NCBI RefSeq assembly: GCF_006345805.1
Contig: NW_021833674.1
Location: forward strand, 1 to 56,736
DNA from: Octopus sinensis
Lineage: Eukaryota
Length of the DNA: 56,736 nt
Reading direction: 5' to 3'
The first letter of the stretch is position 1, and each line of letters opens with the position of its first letter. The position numbers were made by a program, and so were the translations under genes. The notes beneath the pieces were generated by a model. That model saw only the letters and a list, made by a program, of their open reading frames with translations, was not told the DNA's origin and did not search any database. This document shows, piece by piece, positions 36,278 to 49,136 of the stretch.

Positions 36278-36423
36278 GTATGAACCGGCCATAACTAACT
36301 TTACCTAAATACTCTACTTATTCTACTGCTCCATAACTTAGAATGCGGTTCCTCTTTCGGATTTGTGATTTACTGACGATCGATATAATTATATATATAT
36401 TATATATATATATACATATATAT

Positions 36424-36465
<42 letters not shown>

Positions 36466-36498
36466 CACCACACCACACAAACACACACACATATATAT

Positions 36499-36535
<37 letters not shown>

Positions 36536-36537
<2 letters not shown>

Positions 36538-36934
36538 CCGAATTACGATAATTACTGTTGAAACCAGGAAATTTTCATTTAGTAAGAAAACCATTCTGTT
36601 TTCGCTTGCCTCTATTATACCTTAGATGTGTATACATACATGCATACATGGATATATATATATATATATATATATATATCCATGCCTCTTTTATACCTTA
36701 GATGTGTATCATACATACATACATACATGGATATATATATATATATATATATATATCCATGTATGTATGTATGTATACACATCTAAGGTATAAAAGAGGC
36801 ATGGATATATATATATATATATCCATGTATGTATGTATACACATCTAAGGTATAATAGAGGCAGGCGAAAACAGAATGGTTTTCTTACTAAATGAGAATT
36901 TCCTGGTTTCAACAGTAATTATCGTAATTCGGTA
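36536..36934. repeat. ~400 bp near-perfect palindrome centred on (TA)n
   Basis: TACCGAATTACGATAATTACTGTTGAAACCAGG... mirrors ...CCTGGTTTCAACAGTAATTATCGTAATTCGGTA; the ORF track ends two opposite-strand ORFs with the same PNYDNYC. Confidence 0.95.
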
Positions 36935-37018
36935 ATATTGCTTTTAGCTGGAAGGCTAATGATTGGCACAAGGATAATAAATGTAAAAGTATGTGGTTAA
37001 CATTAGAATGTACAAAAG

Positions 37019-37055
<37 letters not shown>

Positions 37056-37124
37056 GCGCGCGAATATATGCATATACATATATGTGTGTGTGTATACATG
37101 TATATTTACATACATACGCATATA

Positions 37125-37160
<36 letters not shown>

Positions 37161-37196
37161 TATATAGATAGATAGATAGATAGATACGTAGGTAGG

Positions 37197-37271
<75 letters not shown>

Positions 37272-37272
37272 G

Positions 37273-37638
37273 TTTCTTTATTAGCCACACAGGGCTGCAC
37301 ACAGATGGGACAAATTACAAGGGAGAGCTTTTCTTTTGGGGGATGGAAAAAAAGTGTCGTAGGTTTTCGATCAAAAGGGATCATAAAAGGAAAAAGAAAA
37401 AAAGAAAAAAGGAAAAGAAACAAAAGAAAAGAAAAAGAAGAAAAAAAAAACGAAAAAGGGGAAGAGGTAAAAAAACGATCAATAGGGATCGTGTATCACA
37501 GTGTTATGATGTACGATGTAAAGGGGGAAGTAGATAAGGTTTATCCCTGGGAAGAAAAGCCTACGAAAAAGACCACGGTAACCTCGGTCAATATTGTTAT
37601 ATGTTACAACATTTGTTTGCAAGTGGGTAACCCTCTGT
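37273..37638 (-). mobile_element. Retroelement 3' UTR-like fragment inserted in (GATA)n
   Basis: Bounded by (GATA)n on both sides. The minus-strand end TTTGTCCCATCTGTGTGCAGCCCTGTGTGGCTAATAAAGAAA resembles the SINE A tail. Confidence 0.6.
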
Positions 37639-37639
37639 T

Positions 37640-37657
37640 AGATAGATAGATGGATAA

Positions 37658-37725
<68 letters not shown>

Positions 37726-37781
37726 CGGATAGATAGATAGACGGATAGATAGATAGATAGATAGGTAGGTAGATATGTAGT

Positions 37782-37845
<64 letters not shown>
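37640..37845. repeat. (GATA)n microsatellite
   Basis: Directly visible. Confidence 0.95.
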
Positions 37846-38001
37846 AAGATATGCGCACAACAAACACACTTAAATATAAATAGTCCTCTAAAAAAACTCT
37901 CTTAAACCGTATAATCAACTAACATCACGGTTTGTCAATGAGCGTTTCATGAAGCAAATGTTCACTTAATGTTTAAAATCACTCGCGGTAAAAAAAAGAA
38001 A

Positions 38002-38040
<39 letters not shown>

Positions 38041-38988
38041 CGGAGTAATTACACATTTTCGCTGCTTGTTTACTATTCATGGATATACGACAATCTCTTT
38101 GCTTTTCGTTTTCGTCTTCGTTTCGTGCATTTATTACCACATTTGCAACATTCTGGGTATTGTGTTATGAGTGTGCAGCAATTGTTGAAGAAATATGCAA
38201 ATATTGAACGACATACGTAACTGTAGGGGCTTAACCATATATTCGCGTCTGAATAATATACGCTGCAATTATTCTTTAGTAACTCAACCTAGATCTGTAA
38301 CTGATAGGAGTCTTTTTTTTATATGTGTTGTATGTTTAAGAGAAATCTATTTTACTCAACAAATTAGCGTTATTCAGACGAATGCATAAACCTATTATTC
38401 CACTCATCATATAGAATTCAGTTTTCCACCATTTTCGCTAACATTGACAAATAGCATTTTCATCGAACAACCCGTTGCACTATTAAATCTCGGAGCTATT
38501 GATTTTACTCCGATTTTACTCAAAATATGCGGTACTATCACCACGTCTAAGATAATCTTTTTATCTGTTTATATAAAGCTTTTAACGAATTACCGAGACG
38601 AAATCCATCCGAAATGAAAGCACTTGACTGCGAAACATCGACTGCCGTCAATTTTGTCCGGAATGTAATCGTGGAATATTAATGGCTGGTTCCAAATCTT
38701 CTTATGCAAATAAAATTTCATAGTCATTGGAATGCTGAACACCATTATCACTATTATTCATATATATTCACTATATATTTCCGTATACAACCGATTGGAC
38801 AGAGATCAGAACTCAGCATACACTATTTAAGACAATTTTAACACGCTTTTTGTTTTACTAGAACATTTCAAGATACATAACAGTGTACAACAACCAGTCT
38901 CGTGGGACAGATGAATGACGCTATAGCTAATGGCACGATGTTTAAACTAGAGGCTATATGATAAAATATGATACGACTGTTGGGCAAT

Positions 38989-39290
38989 TGTGGAGGCCCA
39001 ATGGTTAGGGTAGCGGACTCGCGGTCGGAGGATCGGGATTTCGATTCCAAGACAGTTGTGTGTGTTTATTGAGCGAAAATACCTAAAGCTCCACGAGGCT
39101 CCGGCAGGGGCTGGTGGCGACCCCTGTTGTACTCTTTCGCCCCAACTTTCTCTCGCTCTTTCTTCCTGTTTCTTGGGTAACGCTGCGATGGACTGGCGTC
39201 CAGTTCAGCTGGGGAGGGGGGAACACATACCCCACAGAAACTGGGAAATCGGACCCATGATCCTGGCTAGGCTTGAAAAGGGCGCATAAA
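38989..39290 (+). mobile_element. SINE family C subfamily
   Basis: TGTGGAGGCCCAATGGTTAGGGTAGCGGACTCGCGGTC...TTCGATTCC...GAGCGAAAATACCTAAAGCTCCACGAGGCTCCGGCAG, shared with 49137 and 32734. Confidence 0.85.
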
Positions 39291-39545
39291 TAAAAATTAG
39301 ACAATTATCTTCTCATATCAAACAGTAAATGGCGAAGCTAAAACTATGAAGGGGAATCATTTTATATGATTTCACACTAAATTAAGGGGCGACTTATACA
39401 CGAACAAACATAGCTTCTTAACATAATTTCCAGTCTATTCAAGATTGATGAGTGTAAGTGAGTAGAGAAGATGTGGGGAAGCCTATCGAATGGATTGTAC
39501 GTACACAAACGTTCTCGTAACGAGGAGATCGATAGAATACTAATT

Positions 39546-40822
39546 CTATCGAACTGACACAAAATTGTCTCTATATTTGAACCATAGAGTGGCCGGATCA
39601 CACAGTTCGCATGCCTGTAGTAATACTGCAAATAGTACCCTGAGACCTTTAGGTGATTGTGATAAAGCAGCCTCTCCTAAAGTTGCATCCCATTGAGCAC
39701 CATCTTCCAACAGACCTTGTCGATAGCAGGCTTCTCTGTATGTTGTGCAGACATGTCCATGAACGGTTTTTAGGGCCTGGAAAGACGTTGGCCCTCTGAC
39801 CTCATGCAGTAGTAAACGAAGGTAGAAGCACTGTTGTTGAGTGGGATGCACTATGTATATTCGCCCAAGGCAAATGTGAAACTTAATGCCAGGGTATCCA
39901 TGAACATTTTGACCTGCTTTCCGTGGGGCCCATTTTTTTCCATTCCAAGTGTGGTACGATGAAATCTGTGGATACAGCAAGGTTTGAGCGAATGGATCCA
40001 CTTGACAAAACTTGAAGAATGCAGTGAGTGTGCTATCCCTTGGTTCCTCTGCCAACAGAGAGGCTAATGCCTCATCGGTGAAGTACACTCTTTGACCATT
40101 TTCCAGGTGCACTGCAAGCTGTTGAATGGCAGGGTGTCGTTGGTGAATTGGAAAGCCAAAGATGCGCCAGAAAGCCTCGTTTCTACTTATGTACCGTCCC
40201 ACCTGATAATGCGTCACCTCATCTTGGCAGTATTCTTGTTGAAGTCCAAATATTGCAGCGTCAGAATCCTTGTTTACATATTTGCAAACGTACTTGATGG
40301 ATTGAACGGAGTTGCAAAACTCAACGTTGATGTGGACATTGAAAATCTTTGACAGGAGAGGCCAGTATGGAACAATCCATCTATTATCAATATCGTGCTG
40401 TCCGATAGTTGCTGTGAAACCTCCGTCTTCTGGTTTTCTGCGTCTGTATGATGGATACCCATCAGCACTTGTCTGGGTTTCTTGTAGGAACCTCCTTGGA
40501 AATCTTTTTGAACATATGCTGTCCTTCAAGCATGGTGAGTTTATGTTGAATCCACGCCCACATGGACCATGTACCATGTTTGCTTTAACTATCTCGTATA
40601 GTTCTTTGTCTAAAGCTGGATCAGGAAGCTCTGCAGAGATTATGTTGTCGATGTCATTGGAGTTGATCTTCGGTGAGAGCCAAAGCAGGATATGATCATG
40701 TGGAGGGCCCCTTTTTTGCCACTCGATTGTGTACATGTCACATTGTATGGGCCCAAAGACTTGCTCTTTTTGTATGAGCTCCATGAGAGAGATTAACTTG
40801 AGATGGAAAACTCGGGCGTTGA
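39546..40822 (-). pseudogene. Helitron RepHel fragment (Rep/HUH endonuclease domain, no helicase)
   Basis: ARVFHLKL...YTIEWQKRGPPHDHILLWL (HUH), IISAELPDP, MVHGPCG, CSKRFPR, DGYPSYRRR, DNRWIVPY, HINVEFC..SIKYVCKYVNK (Y2 motif), EAFWRIFGF, LAVHLEN, FYLRLLL..VRGPTSF. About 420 codons are open. The listed ORF's N-terminus (to 41015) is SINE/microsatellite read-through. Confidence 0.93.
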
Positions 40823-40944
40823 GATTCCGGTTCGAATGTAAGGCAGGTTTGAAAGTGTTCCCAACAGTTATTAGTTGTAGTGGTAGAGTGTTTATGTCGA
40901 ATAAGTACGTATGCATGTATATATATGTATGTATGCCTGTATAT

Positions 40945-41085
40945 ATGTACAAAATCCACTGAGAAGGCTTTTGTTGGTCTGAGGCTACAACAGAAGACAC
41001 ATGCCAAGTCACCACACAGTGGGACTGAACCCAGGACTATGTGTTTGGAACGTAGTTTGTTACCACACAGCCACACCTGCCCCTA
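40945..41085 (-). mobile_element. SINE family B 5' half
   Basis: TACCACACAGCCACACCTGCCC head, CAGTGGGACTGAACCC B box, AGAAGACACATGCCAAG. Confidence 0.8.
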
Positions 41086-41929
41086 TGTATGTGTGTATGT
41101 GTGTGTGCGTATGTGTGTGTGGGTAGATATATTATGCATGTACATATGTGTATATATATATGTGTACATATTACATGTACATCTATATATATATACATCT
41201 ACACATAAAATACAAAATACAAAGTTATATCTTGATATCGCTAGTGATAACAATACTCAAAATATATAATAGACTGGAATTGTAGGCCCGTTTCTTGCAA
41301 TTTCGATCAACTGGATCTTGTCCTCCCTCATGTATAGAAGTGTACGGCTGCAGCGAAATTCATTTTTGTACTTTCTTCTATCGAAGGCATTTTAACAAAA
41401 ATGCTTCCGTAAAGACGGTGAAAATATTGTCAATTTCCCCAAACAGGGGCACAATTCAATTTTTAAACAATAACCAAAGACCCTTCTCTGAAAGGGGGAG
41501 GGTTACGGTTTACAATTATTTAACAAATGCAACAAAACAACGTTTCCCTGACGAGGAACCAACAAACGTGATTACAATAGTCAAACAGTAATAATAATAA
41601 CAACAAGCCTTTTTAATTTATCCCCATTTATGTGAAACCACTTATTCAAGTTCAAGTCATTGATGCAATTTTATACGAATTGCTAATACACGCACACACA
41701 CATAATAAGGGTGAAAAATTGAATATTAATTTGATTAATATGAATTGAAAACCAGTGGTGTAGCATATAAGACCATAACGGATCTTCTTCTAGCAAAATG
41801 GATGACCATTGTTAACGGTTCATCCCTGTTATATAATACTTACACTTTAATAGTGAAAGTGTCTGCATTACAAAAGAGAGATGTTTTTGTTTCACTTTTA
41901 ACACGTAATACTGAAATAGTGGAGAAGAT

Positions 41930-42109
41930 ATGATATTGCTGTGGGGTCGCCCTAGGGAAAAAGTTAAGATTTTTTGCCGATGACGCTCCCCGGACCTTAA
42001 GTAAGGCATGTGTAACATTTGAATGAAATTGGTTGTGTAGTTCTGAAATTTTAGGGAAACACACAGACAGACAGACTGACACGCATTCTCAGTATTATAT
42101 ATATATAGA
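41930..42109 (-). mobile_element. Helitron 5' terminus
   Basis: Minus strand A|TCTATATATATAATACTGAGAATGCGTGTCAGTCTGTCTGTCTGTGTG...CCAATTTCATTCAAATGTTACACA. Same architecture as the 5' end of the 11417-11813 Helitron and same orientation as the Rep ORF. Confidence 0.7.
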
Positions 42110-42196
42110 TATAGATATAATATATAGATAATACAGTGTACATTTAAACACATAAGAGGTGCCCATCACAGGACTCCCTTACGCTAGAAGGAACAG

Positions 42197-42293
42197 CAGA
42201 AGACACTTGGCCAAGGTGCCACGCAGTGGGACTGAACCCGGAACCATATGGTTGGTTGGCAAGCTACTTACCACACAGCCACTCCTACGCCTA
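42197..42293 (-). mobile_element. SINE family B head fragment
   Basis: AGAAGACACTTGGCCAAGGTGCCACGCAGTGGGACTGAACCCGG...CCACACAGCCACTCCTACGCC. Confidence 0.85.
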
Positions 42294-42536
42294 TTTATTC
42301 ATTTTGCTTTACGTTTACGTCTATTTCTGGATAATCACACCATTGCGACATTAACCCACATGGATTTACACAAGATTGCACCTAAGGACTTACGGATTTA
42401 CTTCAACACGCCCGGAAAGTTGAACTGTGAACTTTTATGCTTCTTTATCCTTCCCTTTCTTCACCTCCTTACTCATTTTCTCCTGTCCTCTCTGTCATCA
42501 TTTCCTTAATCTATACTCTCCTCATTTTCCCTATTT

Positions 42537-42592
42537 GTCTCCGATGACGGAATATCCCATACTCTGGGATATCCCGGAAACAGCTGTAAGAC
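42537..42592 (+). ncRNA. Type I hammerhead ribozyme motif (Penelope pLTR type)
   Basis: GTCT-CCGATGA-CGGAATATCCCA(TACTC)TGGGATATCCCG-GAAA-CAGCTG-TA-AGAC: 4-bp stem I, long stem II, palindromic ACAGCTGT stem III, GUA site, U4C core variant. Upstream 42324-42368 resembles the PLE ORF end (FWI...TL.PHG). Confidence 0.75.
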
Positions 42593-42831
42593 TTTGGAAT
42601 TTTCCAATAATAATAACGTATACGACTTGAGAGGTTTGTCTTGCCTAACCTTTGTTGTCCTCTTTAACAATTATATAACAATTATATATCCTCTATATCG
42701 AAAATCTACAATGGGTCCATAATTAGCGTCTCGGCTATAACCTTGGAGCCCTGGTAATCTGTTACAGCACTAACCTAGCGTACCTATTCGTTTAGATCAC
42801 CTGTGAACTAAAACCCCACACTTTGTATATA

Positions 42832-42867
<36 letters not shown>

Positions 42868-42870
<3 letters not shown>

Positions 42871-43082
42871 CTGAGATGGTAAATGTTTTTGATTTTCATT
42901 CCTTTCATGAATTTATCCCTTTTTGTCTTTCTAGCACTACGCTTCCTTATTTGGAAGCCTTTTATTATATTTCTATATGAATAATATATGGTCTAATGAC
43001 TAATTCGTCTTTTGTGCTAGGCCACTGGTAATAATATTTATTTTATTACCCTATTTGATTATGTTTATATATATACATATAT

Positions 43083-43141
<59 letters not shown>

Positions 43142-43362
43142 ATATATATACAGCTGAGATGGTAAATGTTTTTGATTTTCATTCCTTTCATGAATTTATC
43201 CCTTTTTGTCTTTCTAGCACTACGCTTCCTTATTTGGAAGCCTTTTATTATATTCTATATGATAATATATGGTCTAATGACTAATTCGTCTTTTGTGCTA
43301 GGCACTGGTAATAATAATTTATTTTATTACCCTATTTGATTATGTTATATATATACATATAT

Positions 43363-43370
<8 letters not shown>
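42868..43370. repeat. 283-bp tandem duplication of a TA-embedded module
   Basis: CAGCTGAGATGG...ATACAACATA at 42868 and 43151; the copies differ only by single-base indels. Confidence 0.93.
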
Positions 43371-43417
<47 letters not shown>

Positions 43418-43506
43418 TTAGAGACAAAACTACTATTATGCAAATCAAACAAAGAAAGACTTAATCCAATACATAAAAATGTTTATATAAATTAAATAAA
43501 ATTAAA

Positions 43507-43549
<43 letters not shown>

Positions 43550-43585
43550 ATATGTATACACACACACACACAACACACACACACA

Positions 43586-43625
<40 letters not shown>

Positions 43626-44227
43626 GCATATATATATATACTTCTAATATAGGGATGAAATTTTATTAATAAATTTTATCAGCGGCCAGCGTATGAAAAA
43701 TACCTTTTAAGGTGGAAATTATAAATACAATTATAAATAAGGGCAAAAAGAAAAACACTTCTTTGCAAATAAGCTGAAAAAATGACGCGAAATCGTCTAA
43801 GCACATAAAATATTTTCACTTATATACCATGTGTCGAAACGAGGAAAACATGCTAAGAGAGATTCATAGAAATATAGTTATTCCCGTATTGTATATGTGT
43901 GTGTATGTGTATTTATGTATGTGTGTATTTATGTATGTATACGTTCATGCATACATACATACACACGCACACATGTAAAAATAACATTAAATTTTAGTAT
44001 CAATATTGATCAATTGTTCACTATTATATTGATTTCTCTATTTCGATTTGGTTTCTGATTCCATTATCCATATTTTACCATTTTTACTTACTAACATTTA
44101 TATTAAGAGTCTTAATTATTCATGATCGAAGTCATAATTAACCACTTGAGTCTTGTAGTTCTTCTGTTCAACCGAGATACTTCATAATAAATGTTGGTAC
44201 TGTTGTTTTTGTTGTTTTTGATTTCGT

Positions 44228-44230
44228 TGT

Positions 44231-44289
<59 letters not shown>

Positions 44290-44341
44290 TTACTACTACT
44301 ACTACTTGTTATTAAATTACTATGATTATTTATGTCATTAC

Positions 44342-44392
<51 letters not shown>

Positions 44393-44438
44393 TATCATTA
44401 TTATTATTATTATTATTATTATTTTATTATTATTATTA

Positions 44439-44469
<31 letters not shown>

Positions 44470-44529
44470 GTTATTAAATTTATTATTATTATTATTATTA
44501 TTATATTATTATTATTATTATTAATATTA

Positions 44530-44588
<59 letters not shown>

Positions 44589-44648
44589 TTGTTTTATTAT
44601 TATTAATATTATCATTATTATTATTATTATCATCATCATCATCATTAA
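44228..44648. repeat. (ACT)n-(ATT)n-(ATC)n microsatellite
   Basis: Directly visible. Confidence 0.95.
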
Positions 44649-45324
44649 TTTATATTTATATTTCCGCCATTCAATAAATGGAAATATGTTAGGTAAACAG
44701 GTAATTAGGAGAGAACAGGAAAAGCAAATAATAGAATTTAAGGAAATTAATTTGAGAAAAAAAAAATTAATTACAAAATCTAATATTATTTCTTTTTGGT
44801 TTTGCTCATCTGAATTTATTAGTTTTTTTTAATTTTATTGTCTTCTCTTCGTTTGCTCGATAATCTAAGAGTCAAAAATAAATTTAAACGAAGCTTCTCG
44901 TTATCCAGTAAGAAACATTCAACAAACAACGCCATATTTAAGTCCCTGTTGTTTCCTTGCAGATATTATTCACACTCCGAAGGACTGTTCTGTGCTTGAA
45001 TGCGAATCTGTTTTGTGAGTATACGTAAGTGTGGCCGTGCAGGGGCGCAGATGATGAGGGTTCTTACTGTGAATAATTATGCTTCCAATAATATGATTTA
45101 AAGTCTGTCGAGCGAATGTACTAGAAAAATTTCCTGACAACAGAACGAAAGCAAGGGAAAATAAGGAGTTATGCTGAAGGGAAGAATTTAATTGTATAGA
45201 ATTAACCTTGAAATGTCGTAGCGTGGCAATGTAAGAGGGGATCAAGAAATATCAGCCAGCCATAAAACTAGGAGTAAATAATAAGTGTTTGTGTGTGTGT
45301 GTGTGTATATGTGTGAGAATAGAC

Positions 45325-45965
<641 letters not shown>

Positions 45966-46532
45966 TCTCTCTGTCTCTATCTCTCTCTAAGACTTTTATC
46001 TCTGTCTTTCCTCATCATCTCAAACGTTTTACATCAAGTGACGAGATGTCATTCTATGTTTACGTACTTGGTGAGGATCGTTTCAACATAGCAAATGACG
46101 TTATTATCCAACGCCATACCACCCCGCCGATAACTCCAACTTCCGCTACACCACTGCCGCTAACACCACCTCCATCACTACAACTACCACCACCACCACC
46201 ACCACCACGAATATCATCAGTGACGCAGGTATCATAGTTAGCACCATCGAGGTTCATCGTGATTTGGCTGATCCGAAACTGTGTGGTGTCCAATTCCTGT
46301 TCTTTCACTTCGATGGTTATATTATTATTGTGTGGGCGAACATAATTATCACGGTAACCTAGTTCTGGTAATTGCTAGATATATACTTAGGTGCATACAT
46401 ACACACATATGCACATACCTACCTATACGTACGAATATATATATATATATAATAATAAATATTAGGGAATAAATCCCAACTTACAGGGAAAAAATCAGAT
46501 TTAGGATTGAATCCAATTTTATAGTAAAATAT

Positions 46533-46770
46533 TATATTATATTAAATTAGAGACAAAACCACTATTAGGCAAATCAAACAACGAAAGACTTAAGCCAATA
46601 CATATCATTAATTTATATTATTTAAATATGTAACAAAATTATTAAAAAATATAATTAATATTATTTTTTAATAATTTTGTTACATATTTAAATAATATAA
46701 ATTAATTATATGTATTGGCTTAAGTATTTCATTGTTTGATTTGCCTAATAGTGGTTTTGTCTCTAATTTA

Positions 46771-46780
<10 letters not shown>
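46533..46780. repeat. ~250 bp palindrome in a TA-flanked module
   Basis: AAATTAGAGACAAAACCACTATTAGGCAAATCAAAC... mirrored by ...GTTTGATTTGCCTAATAGTGGTTTTGTCTCTAATTT. A single-arm relative lies at 43412-43510. Confidence 0.93.
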
Positions 46781-46812
<32 letters not shown>

Positions 46813-48212
46813 TATATATATATATTTACATACACACATATACACACATATACATACATATATATGTGTATATATGTATAAATATGTATACACAAACACA
46901 CACATATGTATGTATGCATCTATCTATCTATCTATTTATCTATCTATTACATATATATGTATATACAACACCTTAGTTAATTTTGTAATTTGATTGGCAG
47001 AAACTGTGTGAAAACCCATGTTGTGTTTATATAAGTTTGTGTATATATAAGTGTGTATGTGTGTGTTGGTCATTGTGTCTAAGTACATGGTGCGATCAAT
47101 TTGCGTAGAAACCCATTAAGGCAGTGCTCCAGCATGGCCACAGTCCAGTCACTGAAGCTTTTGAAAGAAACTCAAATAACACATAAGCTGTTCATATTTC
47201 ACGGTTCTCCTCTGTTTCTTTTCAATTAAGCTTAAATTTCGTTTGATCCCAGATAACTGCACCTCATTATCCGAAGAATTTGCCTGACTCTTACATGTCG
47301 ATAGCCAGACGAGGTGGTTGACACTGTACAATCAGCTAGCGAGGCACGCATCAGTTTTCCAGTGCTGCCACCTCGTGCAGCTGTGATTTGTTCTATTGCT
47401 TCCATTTACCTTTATTCAAGATGTCTGTGGAGAAAACTCACTGTGAGTGATAAGATGAGAACAGAGAGTTTCTTGGTTTGTTGTACATGGTTTTTATGGA
47501 CGCAATTGGGTAAGCTGCTCTTAAGCCGCAGTCCAACGATTGGAGCAGGTAAGAGATAAAAGATAACCCTAACCCTATGTAAAATCAGAAAGAAAGAAAC
47601 AGTCTTCTTTAGTCTACTCAAACTTCGTTTCTTTTCTTTTTAAAGGTTTAATTTGAAAACGTTGTACTAGAGTCTTGACACTTTTTCAGTACAGAGAAAC
47701 TAGTAGAGGGAATTAATTCCGAATAGGAAGTCATGGCCCAAATGTTTGCAACACTGAAGGTACTTGAGGCCGAGTAATAACGTTAAACGGAACGATATTT
47801 TAAGTACCTCCCTACAAACATTCGTGGCTCTCCTGGCTGGCTTCGATACAGTTTTCCTGTATTATAATTCCTCTCACAAGCAAATCTGTCTTCATAGTGT
47901 TACAATGTACTTGAACAAATCAATAGAGTGGGACACCAACATTAACAACCACAGCTAATATAGATTAGTATTGGACCTCTGGATCCTTGTCCCTTCATCC
48001 AGAAGGTTGTGTTTTGTGATGGCACTGCCCGTCGGTGAATCTGAGGCAATCGTACAATAATACAACCTATGTAGATCTGTTCTAGAATCCTCGATCCCTG
48101 AAACCCATCACCGTCACACCATCGCTAGGGAAACTTCCCACAGTTCTCATGCCTTAAGATAATACTGGCCATAAGACTTCGATGGCTCTGAGGCAGTTCT
48201 ACAAAAATATCA

Positions 48213-48465
48213 GTGGAAGTGCGTGGTTTAGTGATTAGGGGTTTTGGAGTCATGATCGTAAAATTGTGGTTTCGATTCCTGGACAGGACAACGCGTTGTG
48301 TTCTTGAGCAAAACACTTCATTTCACATTGCTCCAGTCTACTTAGCCGGCAAAAATGAGTAATCCTGCGATGAACCGGCGCTGCATAAAACGGGGAATAT
48401 ATATACGCTAGGAAACCGGCCCTTATGAGTCCACATGACCAGCGAAGGTAACTTTACTTTCACCT
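48213..48465 (+). mobile_element. SINE family C
   Basis: GTGGAAGTGCGTGGTTTAGTG...GGTTTCGATTCC...TTCTTGAGCAAAACACTTCATTTCAC...GGAAACCGGCCCTTATGAG. Confidence 0.85.
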
Positions 48466-49136
48466 TTCCTATAACAATATCTAAATACCGTACCCGGCTT
48501 CTCACGAAGGATATACCTCAACCACGTAGCGGTATCTGCACCTATTGATATTAGGTTGCATGAAATATTACATAATTATGCAACTCCACATATTTTCTGC
48601 AACAATGCAATTATAACTCTGACTTGCCATATCCATTTTGTTTATCAAACATTTACTTGCTAATAGCCATTTCTCTATCAATGATGATCACACATCTAAA
48701 TACGATTACAATGAAACACACTGTGAGTGAAGCAGTGCTTATTCTTGATGTTTATTTAGCTGTTAACTTCTGATCTGCAGAATAGAAGCGAACACAGCGT
48801 ATTTCCTAAATGTGAATAGCTTGCTTATTCAGTCAATGTTTACATCAGTTTAAGCATTCATTAACGAAGTGGTTTCCATATAATAAGATCGTAATAGCAA
48901 CTTTGTTCTCCCCAATGGACATATTATTTTCTTTATTCCTGAGTGAGAATCACGACTGCACTTAGCTACAATTCTTCTAGACGCAATATTTATTTAAATT
49001 ATGACATTTCTCTGCTGGTATGATACCATCGTGAATATATAAAGCTAATATGGTGAACAGCAATATAATTCTACTAGCTTAGTACCTGTCAAAACTGATA
49101 GGGTTAATCTGAATTTAGTTGGAATATATAAGAACA

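Larger units (their letters stand above)
34752..36380 (+). mobile_element. 5'-truncated Penelope-like retroelement, Naiad-type
   Basis: KTGVGRIFLRLVDKHVIQLPKYRRLFNWQNLKVLFSCDPNIKSIL...GCSCRGYCR*PVGGQCKTEVVVYEA (34752-34991); KYTGRSGNTLK*HFFNHKSSFR (35794-35860); TSLASHV*RLNDEG...LKILEKPSSYINGSKRFQLCIA...NILNSRS (to ~36070). These are the RT C-terminal extension, CxC..CP..G.C finger and GIY-YIG endonuclease. Both ends abut (TA)n. Confidence 0.85.

Noticed and set aside
40823-41015. N-terminal extension of the 489-aa Helitron ORF
   Set aside because: Mostly SINE B and (TA/TG) repeat read-through; no Helitron similarity recognised.
47565-47577. TAACCCTAACCCT telomere-like seed
   Set aside because: Only two units; expected by chance.
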